Below, one piece after another: positions 37,040 to 51,814 of a stretch of 58,772 nucleotides of DNA. The first letter of the stretch is position 1. Every line of letters begins with the position of its first letter. The stretch spans positions 704,851 to 763,622 of the forward strand of contig WELB01000002.1 of NCBI GenBank assembly GCA_009602725.1, given 5' to 3'. The notes below the pieces were generated by a model, which saw only the letters and a list, made by a program, of their open reading frames with translations, was not told where the DNA came from and searched no databases. The position numbers and the translations under genes were made by a program. The DNA is from Spirogloea muscicola (taxonomy: Eukaryota).

Positions 37040-37520
37040 TGTGGTGAGGCGATGGCTGTGAGAGGCCTGCCCAAAAAAGGAATAGCTCTTCCAGAGTAAG
37101 AGAGGGGCTATTTCCAAAGGGGGCGAGGGCTGTGAAATAGCCGGCCCTAAAAGATGGACAGGGTCCGAAGGCGATATTAAGACAACAATAGTAAGCTCTT
37201 CAAACTAGCGAGGGTGTGAAAAGAAGAAACTCATATCCAAAGGGGGCGAGGGCTGTGAAACAAACGAACTGTGAGAGAGAAGTGAGCTCTTCCGAAGGGG
37301 CGAGGGCTGTGAAAGCCAGCCCGCAAAGAACTACAATTTCCGAAGGGGCCGAAAAGTTGTGAAACGCAGAAGTAAGCAGGTACTAGGGAGGATAATCACT
37401 TAATGACCGCAAGTCAGAAAGACTAGCAGCCGGAAAGCACTCCTCTTGTTAAAAGCCAGAGGCTGCAGCTAGAGCACGGCTAGCACGCAGGTGCAAGGCC
37501 GTGGCCATGGACCGCGAGGG
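37040..37520 (-). repeat. head-to-tail array of CRE-like terminal units behind one ORF tail
   Basis: On the minus strand, the ORF tail (ALHLRASRALAAASGF..) and UTR are followed by about 5 copies of ttcacagccctcgcccc(c)tt(t/c)gga-like units near 37310, 37255, 37215, 37130 and 37055. Confidence 0.75.
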
Positions 37521-39764
37521 GTATGGAGACAGGCGCAAGCGAAACACTTTGCTAGCGAGCCAGCGGCATTGAAGTCAGCGAGCCCAAAAAGAACAAACGA
37601 GGTTGAAAGAAGAAGCAGCTCATCCAAAGGGGGAGGAAAAAGCGCGGCCAGATTGACTGGTGGCTGAGAGAGGCCAAGGGAGAGGGCTGGTGAAAGCAGC
37701 CCACAGAAGAATGAACAAGGTGCAAAGGAGAGGCAATAGCTGTGAGAGGGCAGCCTTAAGTAAGAGCAGCCTTTCAAAGGGGGCGAGAACTGTGACAAGC
37801 CAGCCCACAAAATAGTAGGAAAGGTACTGTAAAGCGACAGAAAGCAACAAGACCACCAGAGCTACAGAGTAACGCAGTCGACTGAAAGAGCCAATCGAAA
37901 AATCTAGAGATCGTAAGGCAGAAGCTGCCAGCCAAGATGGCGCTCATCCTGCTTATTGAGCTTCAGCAAAATAAGGACGTGCTGAATGTCAAGCCCAGCG
38001 AGAGAACGCGCGGGTTCTGACGGGTCACCATCACCCAGATTTGCGGTGGCGTCAAGAAGTTAAGACAATGGACAGGGCCGCAATATACAAATCAATATAT
38101 CCTAAGGAAATGGGCCACAACTGATCAACTTCGAAAGCAAGAAGCTGAAGCAGTGCCTACGGCGAGATCCTTCCCCACCGTCAGACATCTCAGACCCTAT
38201 TGTTGTGTCATTTGGCGCATCCAGTGACTCCTACATTTTTACGCCGCCACACATCTGGGTCGTCCCGTTCTTGGCTATGTACTCTTTAGCTTGGGCTCAG
38301 TGAACCTGACGGTCCTTACACAGTGAGCCCGAACTTTTCTTCTTTGTTTCTGAGAAGCTCTTGCCCGTATAATTGCCGCTCAATGACTAGGAAGAAGTTG
38401 AGTCACTGAGCCCCAAACTCGCTATCTACATCTACTGCGAGGTGGCCACTGCTCTTTCAGATAATTTCCCAGGTTTGCTTACACACTTCACTCGCAGCTA
38501 TGGGAACCTCACCACTGGCCTTTGTGCCGATGGATACGGGTGTCCCATGATCGAGAAGCGTCCATCATGTCACGTCTGTGAGATGAGCAGGCCACCGCCA
38601 GGGGCAACGGCGCTAAGGTCGACACATCACTGGTAGAGCGTTGGCCTGATGCATCTGGTAAGGCACGATGGCTGGGTGGTATAGAGCAGCCTTGGTAGCC
38701 CGCCTCCAGAAACAGCTCTTCTGATGTAAGGCAATGGCTTTGAGAGGCCAGCCCGAAGGTATGTACAGGTCTGAAAGGGCCGGAAGGCGCAAAAAGCAGG
38801 ATAGAAATTTTCATGACTTCTGCAAGTGGGCGCATTTGCTCTAATCAGCAAATGCAAACAGGAACTACTGGAGGGCGGAAAAGCGTCACCATGACGGAAC
38901 TTGGAGACAGCAGACAAGATGCATCCTATGCGGTGGACGGCATATGCTAAGGACCGCTGCAGGGAGATGGCAAGGCGTCAAATGTGAGTGTCAGCACTCA
39001 TTCTTCGGCTGCCATTGCCATTGGTTTGTCTGAACGACCTCGATCTTGATTGGGAAGGATCTTTGAATGGACGTATCTCTTTAAAACACAAGAAAAATAT
39101 GACAGCATGCACTGTATATGTCAAGCCAGATCAGCTTCAGGAAGATCGACCTGAATAGGCCACTAACAATAAGCAGAACGACATATCCATAATGAAAATT
39201 TCCAGTACTCCCCCAGTACACTACACGACCTAGAAGAGCTGATCTACCATGTCCTTCCAGATGGCTAGGACTCAAGACGCAACTATATCTTACGTGCACG
39301 GATGATGTATAAATCTCCGAATCGCCTCTCCCTCGTCTTATTGAAAGTAAAGCTTTATATTGTGGCCCACAACAAATGCCTTCACCTAGCCCTCAACCAT
39401 TTAGCTACTGCGTAACCACGTTGCACTTTGTGCCAAGAAACTTGCATTGGACTGTAATACATATATTTACGTTACTTAAATCAATGGATGCCGAAAGCAA
39501 TGGGCTAATCGATGACGATTTGTGTCCACGACGACCCACGTTACAATCTGCTCAGCAAGTTGCTTGCACACATCCCCCAAAGTCGTCAACATGGGTATGA
39601 CAACCAACTTAGTGCACGTAAAAGCAATGGCATGGTCTGACGTACACAACAGGGTGGCAGTGGATCGTGATTTACGCCCAACTATCAACTCCAGAGATCT
39701 AATACACCAGGAGTAGGGACCCATGCACAAGTTGCTGCAAATGTGTTGGGCTTTGCATGCAACC

Positions 39765-42722
<2,958 letters not shown>

Positions 42723-42890
42723 GCTCCGCCGCCGCCGCCGGAGCGGCTGCCGACGCTCGCCGGCTTCCCTGCTCCTCCGAGACGAAGCGCTCGTCTCGCT
42801 CTGCTGTGACGGAGCGCTTCCGGCCGCCTCAGGCCGGGCTCGGCGACCATCCGCGTCGCCGGCGGCCGCGAGCCGCGCCTGCGCCGCGGC

Positions 42891-43816
42891 NNNNNNNNNN
42901 NNNNNNNNNNNNNNNNNNNNNNNNNNNNNNNNNNNNNNNNNNNNNNNNNNNNNNNNNNNNNNNNNNNNNNNNNNNNNNNNNNNNNNNNNNNNNNNNNNNN
43001 NNNNNNNNNNNNNNNNNNNNNNNNNNNNNNNNNNNNNNNNNNNNNNNNNNNNNNNNNNNNNNNNNNNNNNNNNNNNNNNNNNNNNNNNNNNNNNNNNNNN
43101 NNNNNNNNNNNNNNNNNNNNNNNNNNNNNNNNNNNNNNNNNNNNNNNNNNNNNNNNNNNNNNNNNNNNNNNNNNNNNNNNNNNNNNNNNNNNNNNNNNNN
43201 NNNNNNNNNNNNNNNNNNNNNNNNNNNNNNNNNNNNNNNNNNNNNNNNNNNNNNNNNNNNNNNNNNNNNNNNNNNNNNNNNNNNNNNNNNNNNNNNNNNN
43301 NNNNNNNNNNNNNNNNNNNNNNNNNNNNNNNNNNNNNNNNNNNNNNNNNNNNNNNNNNNNNNNNNNNNNNNNNNNNNNNNNNNNNNNNNNNNNNNNNNNN
43401 NNNNNNNNNNNNNNNNNNNNNNNNNNNNNNNNNNNNNNNNNNNNNNNNNNNNNNNNNNNNNNNNNNNNNNNNNNNNNNNNNNNNNNNNNNNNNNNNNNNN
43501 NNNNNNNNNNNNNNNNNNNNNNNNNNNNNNNNNNNNNNNNNNNNNNNNNNNNNNNNNNNNNNNNNNNNNNNNNNNNNNNNNNNNNNNNNNNNNNNNNNNN
43601 NNNNNNNNNNNNNNNNNNNNNNNNNNNNNNNNNNNNNNNNNNNNNNNNNNNNNNNNNNNNNNNNNNNNNNNNNNNNNNNNNNNNNNNNNNNNNNNNNNNN
43701 NNNNNNNNNNNNNNNNNNNNNNNNNNNNNNNNNNNNNNNNNNNNNNNNNNNNNNNNNNNNNNNNNNNNNNNNNNNNNNNNNNNNNNNNNNNNNNNNNNNN
43801 NNNNNNNNNNNNNNNN
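42891..43816. other. assembly gap (others near 36065-36213 and 54332-54750; single Ns at 4631, 21398, 31143)
   Basis: Runs of N next to very GC-rich gene starts or repeats. Confidence 0.99.
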
Positions 43817-45423
43817 GGCGGTGAGGAGAAGCCCGCCCCGCCGCGGGCCAGCGGCGGAGACGTTGGCGGTGGCGACGGCGGTAATGCGGCGGCGGCGGCG
43901 GCGGCGGCGGCGGCCATCGGCGACCTCGACATCGAAGTCGACGTCGGTGAGGCTCCCGTAGCTGGGTTTGCGACAGCCACCCACGTTGTCGCCGCCTGGC
44001 CCAGTGCTGAGACTCCGGCGCCGGCGGCGGTCCGCAGGCCGGCTGCTGGAGGAGGAGGAGTCGCAGGCGCTGCTGGCGGACCTGGCGGCGGCGGCGGAGC
44101 GCGTGGCCAGCGCCCGCCGGGCGCTGGACGAGATGCAGCGCAAGGAGCGCGCCCTCATGGAGGCCAAGCTCCGCCTCGAGAGCATGGCCGCCATCGAGGC
44201 CGACCAGGACGCTGCCGACGCGCTGGTACGGCACCTGCACCTCATAGCCACGCTCTGGGCTGTTGCCGCATCACCACGCATTGAGTCTTGCTTTGATAGC
44301 AACGATAGTTGACGCTGTGTGCTGGCTCACTAGTCATCATGCAGTCGCTCTTGTGCTGGAGCTTGCAATGGCTGCCGTGATGGCAAGCTGATGAGGCAGC
44401 CACTGCAAGCCCACCAGGTGGACGAGGTCCAGCGGGACGTCGAGGTAGCGGCGGAGGAGCTCCGGCAGGCGGCGCTGGCGCTCATCAATGCGCGCGCCGG
44501 GCGGAGCTTCGAGGCTGAGACGCCGGGATGGGTCGAGTTCCCCGACCTCGTCGTCGACAAGCGCGCCGAGCGCCTCGAGTCCGCCAAAGCGGCGGCGCTG
44601 GCCGCCGCTGCCGGCGGCGCTATCTCCCTTCCCTTCACGTCGGCCGTCGCCGGCGCCGACCTCTTCTCGCCAGCCTACCTCCTCAGCGAGGCTGCCGTCG
44701 TGATCACCTGCCTCCTCTTCGGCGTCACATACCGCTACGTCCTCCGGCGGGACCTGCGCAACACCCAGCTCAAGGCTGGCGCTGTCGGCGCGTTTGCCAT
44801 GACCCGCGGTTAGCAGCCACTGACAAGCCCTTCTGGTCACAACTAGGGGCTATCTCCATGCTTCTCCATGGACCATACAAGCCCACTGAGGCTTCTTCTG
44901 AAATGTTGACATGCTGCAGCCCACTTCTGTCCAACGGGCCTTAGCAAGCCTTCTTATGGGCAGCCACAGTTATCGATGTTAATAGTGGGGCATAGGCAGC
45001 TCTTTTGAATAAAGAGGTTGCTCACTAGAATTGCTTAGGGACTCCATATGTGATTCTATGCAGGACTGACAGTCTTGGGATCAGTCAGGGTTCAGATCAA
45101 GGTCTGATGTTGAGGACCCTCAGGAGTAGGTTAGTCATCTGAATAGCTCTACTTCTGCAAGGGGAAGGCGTTCTGCAGGTCTCTTGCTTTGTGCTGCCTC
45201 GCGCTTCTCACTGACAAATCTAGTTAATGTGTTGAGCATAGGCCTGGCCCAAGTGGACACAACCCAGCTCCTGGTCGGGTACCCGTCCGCCGGCGCGGAG
45301 CTTGTATATGCGGCCGCACTCAACGCGGGCGAGAGCCTCATCATCCTGGCCTTTGCCGCCACAGCAGTTGAGTATGCAATGCAGCAGCGCCTGGTCAAGC
45401 CCTTCCCAGCTACCAGGGACTAA
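43817..45423 (+). CDS. conserved plant/cyanobacterial-type membrane protein of unknown function (resembles Arabidopsis At4g24090); 5' end in gap
   Basis: Exons <43817-43946, 44038-44225, 44418-44808, 45242-45423 join in frame with GT-AG introns. Coiled coil, then ERLESAKAA..CLLFGVTYRYVLRRDLRNTQLKAG..LVKPFP. Family assignment is from memory. Confidence 0.75.
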
Positions 45424-45997
45424 ACAATGTGCAATCAGTTTGTGGACTACTGATGTTACATCCTGAGGTGGTGAATGGGAGCTAAGTGGCGCTGCCTGCC
45501 TACTGCAGCAGCTCTAATGGCATGCAACCGCTCGATTAGCAGCGGTTCACTCATTGAAGGCAATCAGAATGATCACATTAGAGTCTGAGGTTGCCATAGG
45601 TTGCCATTTTTGCCGCTGTTGTGGGACTGGCGCCTTGAAGAACTGCTTGACAGCAAGCAAGTGTGCACTAGGTGTCGAGCAGTCCCTTCAAAAGCTTTTG
45701 CTGCTCATCGCCTTACAAATGAGGCGCCTTCATGTTGAATTGCCATTTGTGACAAGGATTTCGTGGCCTGAAAGCAAACGTGAAAGTTTCCTGGTAGCAA
45801 ATATCTGAACACATTTTTCAACGAATGATAGCATGATTGAGAATCTATGCATGAGATGGCATTGCCTCAGAGCCGCAGTGGCAATCACCTTCAGGTTTCA
45901 GAGCATCTCTACCTTTAGCAGGACACCGTCAGTGCAGCTCTCAAGCAACCACTTCGGCATTGTTTCACCAAATGATTGAGTGGTGCACAGAGGCTCC

Positions 45998-48900
45998 TCA
46001 TCCCTCAGCATGTAGTGATCGTTGCTCCTGTCCAAGAAGCAGCAGTTTACCTGACTGCAAAGCAACCACGTGATTTGTCAGCTCTCAAAAGACTTGTCAT
46101 TTGTCAGCTCTCAAAAGACTTGTCATAACATCAACTTTTCATGACACGGATCGGTGGGCAGATACTGTGGTGTCGGGTATGCATCCCAGCCCAAAGCAGA
46201 GATGCTACAACTGTGTGTCAAGTGCCCTATGGCTTTGACGCGCAAGCAGCAAAATTATTTCATTGCAGAGGTGTGGGGCTCTTCGTTACAGGCATCGTGA
46301 CAATCACCTGAGTGCCAGCCACAAGGTGACTGCCAGTGGGGTGGGACGCAATGTGTAAGACTGAGTCAGAGACAGGTACATGTCCAGCCTTGTCTGCTTG
46401 CTGGCTGACAAGGTTGCTGCACACAGCAATAGCAGGCCCTTCAGAAGCACACAATGCTCAACCAGAACGACAATGACATCTGCGCCAGGAATGTTAAGAT
46501 GAGGACTGGGACCTGGCAAGGCCAGACTAACAGCTGGCGAAAACCAACTCACTCATGATTATGTACATCATGTATAACAGCATGTCGGGACTTTGGCGTA
46601 TTTAAGAAGTCCAGCATGTGCAGGTTGTAGCCTGCTGCTGGCACGCAGTATACCTACACCACCAGGCAGGTCATGCAGATACTTTGATTTGGAAGCTACA
46701 GTGTCTTGTCTACGCATTAGCAGGCCTTTGCAACAGCTGCGAGTAATCTGTGCTGTGTACATCGGCTGGCTGTTCAGTGGTATTCCCTACAACTGGATTG
46801 ATAATGTAGCTCAACAAGTCTATGAGCTTGCAAGAGCACCTCGTAAATGATAAGCAAGATACATGTGAGAGATCACACGCACCGATTGGAGGCCTAGCCA
46901 GGACCCGCTTCTCGTCATCTGAGTCATACTGTGTCACAGTCAAGCAACATGCCTGGTCATTGACCAGGTACATGCTTCCTGAGTCCCAAAATAAAGTCCA
47001 AGACAAGGTCTTGAAACCCCATGCCTAAGTGGTGTGGACCATTGCCTGGAGTGCGCGTCTCAATCTAACTCACCACTGCTCTGTTGTCTCCAAGGTGGCA
47101 GGCGGGCAATGGATGTGTGACACACAATGGGCCCTGAGATTCAAAGCGCCTGACCACCCATTCATGAGATGAAAGGCCAGCTGGTAGTCATTGGCAGGGT
47201 TCATGCGGATTGTTTGTAAGCCACTAGTCACGCTCCCTGCCTGCACCTGCAGCTTCAAAGCAAGGGCAAGAGCACAATACTGACTATATGGTGGCAAGTG
47301 CGTGGCCAATGTCCACCTTCTCTCACTGTGACACATAGCAACAATGGACAAGCAGTGCTTGCAGCTTGCTGCAGGGTGTCTTGCCTCTGACAGTCATCTG
47401 ACAGGACAGTGACACGATTGCGCCACTAGAAGGAGTGAACATACCTGCAAGTCTGGTACTTTTTCTATCAAGGCAGATATATGATACTTGTGGACAGGAG
47501 CATGCTCATCCTGCAATTACAGTAAGGCAGAATGAGCACGATTGCTGATCTACAGCGAAGCAAACGCAGCACCTCAAGTAGGCAACTGTACTGACTAATT
47601 ATCAGAGCATACATCAACCAAGGTTTGTACATTTTTGCCACTGCTGAAAGCAGACGATTGCTTTCCTCCTCGCCAATCCCAAACAAAGATGGCTCCGCTT
47701 GCTGTCCCAGCACATATTATCTGCAAGCAGAATAGTCTAGCTCCCTCCTTACAAGGTGCAGCAGGGTTGTATCCTGACTCCCGAACAGAGACTACAAGTC
47801 GCAGGTGACCTTTCATCTGAGCCAAGAAGATGCTGGAGCCAAACACAATCCTCATAGATAAAGAGTGGTAGCAGAAGGACCTGCTCGTCCTGTGCAAGCT
47901 GCATGGTTGCAAGGGAATGTTGTCCTCGTTGAGGAGTCACCATTGTTGTACACGGCATAGTCTTACTCATTCGCCTATCCCAAGCATATACTCGGCCATT
48001 GCGTCCGCAGGCCAAAACCCTACCATGGAACGTTTTGTAGCAAGTCCCAGGTACAACATGTGCAGAGCATGAGCACTCTGGTTGAGAGGCATTAGGGTGG
48101 ATAGCATCAGTGCCCGCTACAACACTTGCAACATGTTGTCCCCCTGATATGGATGTGTGCACGACAAGCCTCAAACACGAGGTCATGCTAACCTGCACTT
48201 ACTGGAGGGAACCCAGCAATGCTCAGAGAAACCCACAGTGCTTGTCTCTGAATGACAAGACTCCCTCGGAGGTGCACTAAGTTTCTGCAAAGACAGTACA
48301 GGTATGATGTTTATCCTTGCTAATAGGCTTTGCAGTTTTCATTTGAAAGGCTGGTACTTGAGAGTGTGCAAGGAGCATGCTTAAGCCTAGCCACGTCTTT
48401 GGGGACCTTATCAAGTAGCTGATTCCCTGAGCTTGCACTCTTGACAGGCAAATCTGGATCTTAAGAGTTCAAGTCATGCAAGAGATGTGTGGGGGGAAAA
48501 GGAAAGTGGAGGCTCTGCTTGTATGCACACTGCTACCAGAAGGGCACCACATTCCTCACCTCCCAGCTGCTACCTTCAATAGCCACATTCAAAATGTCAA
48601 GGGATGCGCTTCTTCTGGAGACAATACCCACCTGCACCAATTTGCCTCAGCACTCAACTTCTGTCAGCTTCAGTTTTGCCGGCTGGAAAGGACCTTGACA
48701 AATCAGACAGTAATTATTTTATGCATTTGCTGCTTAACGCACAACATTTCCTAGTCGATCTCCGAGTGACGAGTATCTTACAACTTGTACAGAACATGAG
48801 CATCTGAGAAGCACTAAAAAGCAATCACAAATCCAAAAAGAAGCAATCAATTTATTTACCTCATCTTGATAACTGATATTCCAGCGCACACTGGAAGGAA

Positions 48901-50541
48901 TTGCAGGAAGACAGACTTCAAGTAGAGACTTTGCAATTCCATGTTTGCTTGCTGCAAGTACAATGGAAACACTAAAATGGAGATCGAATCTTCAAGCTTT
49001 ACTTACTGATCACTGTGCATACTAGGAACAGCTTCCTGCAGCATGATCCTTGCGCACTGTCGCGTAATGGCAAAAGGTCCTCAACTTGGCTTGCGCAGAC
49101 CCTTACCCGAGTGCAAGAGCAGCGAGTCAAATGCGTGAATGTTAAGAGTGCGACTGTGATGGGCTGAAGCAAAATACACGCCCTGACCACGTTTGAACAA
49201 GTCATCAGCCCAAATCGGACCTCATAAGCAGCTTAGAAGGAGATCGTAAAATCCACCAAAGCTATTTTCATCAGTTGCAAGAATTGTTTGCAAGAGAAAG
49301 TTTGCTTGTGGCATCAGGTACATTCAGTTCATCTCTGTCAATTCGACTACTGAAGTGGACCAGTAGATTGTCATGTGCTGAGAGAAGCCTGACTTCTGCA
49401 TGTCAATGCCTATGCGTACTCACCTCCTGATCAAAGTCAAGAGACGTACTTTGCCTGCCAAGATTGAATGTAGGTGTTAAATTTGCTGCAGTAGTGATCT
49501 TCTCCAGTGATAGGATTCATAAGCGATATGCTATGGGACTGCCAACCATGTTGCATATTGCACAACGGGGCAAGGAGGCTGTACTAGATGGCTGCATGAA
49601 GATTTGAAGACGTTCGTGGACTCCGAAAGGGCAGCGTGGCTTATATATTCTTTTGACACTCACTTTCCCACCTTGTGAGTGGGGTGTACACTGCTTGTTC
49701 TCGCCTTTGCTCCTGACTCCAAGCTGCCACCTGACAATTAGGGGGTAATTTTGAAAGAAGCTGACCCTCAGTGGCAAACCTTCGATGTCTGCTGAAGATG
49801 TTGGTCTGCATGTCTGACCTCAATCGGCCTTATGTGCTTGGCATCTTACATTCAAGGTTACCTTTTCACTTGACAATACCTGTCCAGCCTTGATGTAAGC
49901 AAAGCAAGGCCAGATGTGACTTAACGCTCTTAAGGACAATATCTTGGTTGGGGCTGTATCCAAAAACTCTCGTGTTGCAGGTTTTAGCCAGGCCTTGGCC
50001 CAGAAATTAGCCTGCTCGTGCAAGAGCACCATTGACACTATTAAAAAACGCTATAGACACTGCAAAGGTCTTTCGAGCTGACATCACAGGCACACCTCAC
50101 AGAAGGAGGCGAGGAGGCTGCCGAGCAGCGCGTGCTCCTGCGCTGCACTCAGCTTGCCCTTCCGCCGGTAAGCTTCCAGGCTCCAGAGGAGGCTGCAGCC
50201 AGTCTTGCCGATTGCTACGTCAGAGCCATGGTGAACTTCGCTACAAGCGGCGGAGAAGACGAGGCAGCAAAGGGAGCGCCAGAGCCGACCAGGCAGCCAC
50301 ATCAAGGAGCGATGCCTCAACGCGGTTCCGGCTGCCGGCGCCGAGCTCTGACGTGCAGGAGCTGTGAACAGACGCGGCGACGGCCGCAGAATAGCGGCGG
50401 GAGCTGGCGAAGAGCTAGCAGGTATTCGCACATGGCCGGCCACCTTTTCGACGAGCGGCTCCGCGGCGCCGTCGGCGGGCGTGGTGGGGGCTCCTCCTCC
50501 ACCTCCGTCGGCGATCGTTTCCTCGTGACGAACTTATCCAT
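45998..50541 (-). CDS. uncharacterised plant WD40-repeat protein; multi-exon
   Basis: WD-type segments ACGRNGRVYAWDRR, CAGTASGAIFVWDWR, YQLAFHLMNGWSG..SHIHCPP, HIASHPTGSHLVAGTQ|SGKLLLLGQ..EG*. Proposed ATG at 50541 (MDKFVTRKR), stop at 45998. Internal exons are only partly resolved. Confidence 0.72.
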
Positions 50542-50549
50542 CGCCAACA

Positions 50550-50594
<45 letters not shown>
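50550..50594. repeat. (GCC)15 microsatellite in the WD40 5' leader
   Basis: Perfect trinucleotide run 8 nt upstream of the proposed ATG. Confidence 0.9.
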
Positions 50595-50595
<1 letters not shown>

Positions 50596-50859
50596 GTTGA
50601 GGCGAGCGACGCGGGGGGCCTGCTGAGACGAGGCCTGGGAGTTCGTGTCGCGCTTTCCCGCCTTTCCCACCCCGCCGGGCGCCGGGTGGGCGTCACTTTA
50701 GGTTCAATATCAGCGACAATGCGGCTGCTGATGTTACAAGAGCGGCTTTGTATCGGTGATGTGCGTGCCGACGGACTTGACCCTTCATCATGTATGTGCT
50801 CACTCGGGGATATTAAGTGTCCCCCTTAGCCAGCTCATTACCCAGTTGACAGGACATCT

Positions 50860-51370
50860 GCAAGGCTAGAATTGGCCTCCCATTCAATTTCATGCGCACC
50901 GCGCGCGCCTTCTCTCTCTTCATCACTAATACTCATCTCATCCCATTCCATCTTTCTTGGCTGTGCACCTGCGCGCTGTGCGCGATCACAGCGGCAGCTC
51001 TTCTTCTGAAAGATAAGATTTCGTGTATCTGAAACAAACTTTCTCTTTCTTCTGAAAGAGAAAGCGGCTGCTGATATGAAAGAATCGGCTGTGAAATGCC
51101 AGCCAGATGCATACAGGTGTTCATGACGGAGCCAAAGGCTAGGCAGACAGGGCGCCCTCAATACCCCCGTGTCAGCAGTAGGACGGCAGATGAGCTGAGG
51201 GGAGGAAGAGCAACCCCGCTGCGCAAGCCAGAGGCTGCTGCAAGGGCGCGACCAGCCCGGCGATGCAAAGCAATCGCCTGGGACCGCTGTAGGCACATAG
51301 AAAGACGCACGCGCATGCAGTAAGGGGCAACGGCTGTAATTGTCCAGCCCAGGAAAGAAGGACACCAACT
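50860..51370. mobile_element. small nest of CRE-like ends between the WD40 and Derlin genes
   Basis: Type E end at 50864-50920 (+), 25-bp subfamily I end near 51015-51040 (-), and 51290-51060 (-) encoding SQAIALHRRAGRALAAASGLRSG..LLLTRGY* with a UTR like 30512-30680 and 31222-31390. Confidence 0.78.
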
Positions 51371-51814
51371 TTTGAAGGGGCCTTCTGGAGTTCAACTTAT
51401 GTGGGGTTTTGCCACAACTACTCCGACGCAAGACTCCCACTGTCCAAGAACACCTTTCAGGCTGCGGTGGTGTTGAAGTCATCATGTTGTGTTACAGGTA
51501 TAAATCGCCACAAGTCGCCACAAGTCTAGCCTAACCCCATGAACATGGCTTTCGAATGGTGAAGGGACCCCACACACCGTGCACTTAGTGCAAGCACATC
51601 TTCTGTATGCACAATTTTGAAACATCAGGAGTACAGGCACCTTTCGGCAGAAGTCCTCAAAGCCTTGTCGTGAAGCTTATCGCCTTGCGACAACTCAAAC
51701 TCTTCTTTTCCTGCAGAGCTTCTGCCACTTTTGTAAATTGCTCATTGCTATGAGCACTTTGCTCAGCACATAAGCTGAAAGCGTGTGCCACCTCTTATAC
51801 ACCTGGTTCTGCGG

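Larger units (their letters stand above)
29740..37870. mobile_element. ~8-kb intergenic nest of more than 30 CRE-like 3' ends plus MITEs
   Basis: Recurrent GGGCTGG..CAGCC hairpin termini and several ORF tails (..TRDY* near 29840 -, LLSRGY* near 30340 +, 35920 -, 36283 +, ..AGRGY* 36629 +). Nested insertions with TSDs. Confidence 0.85.

Noticed and set aside
37040..37330. CRISPR-like repeat-spacer array
   Set aside because: Units are diverged, spacing is irregular, the context is eukaryotic with no cas genes, and the unit equals the retroelement terminus.
37900..38640. Possible transposase remnant (YILRKW, Cys-rich short ORF)
   Set aside because: Too short and unsupported by neighbouring motifs.
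46075..46126. 26-bp tandem duplication in a WD40 intron (also 18-bp at 4214-4250)
   Set aside because: Ordinary slippage or repair duplications.
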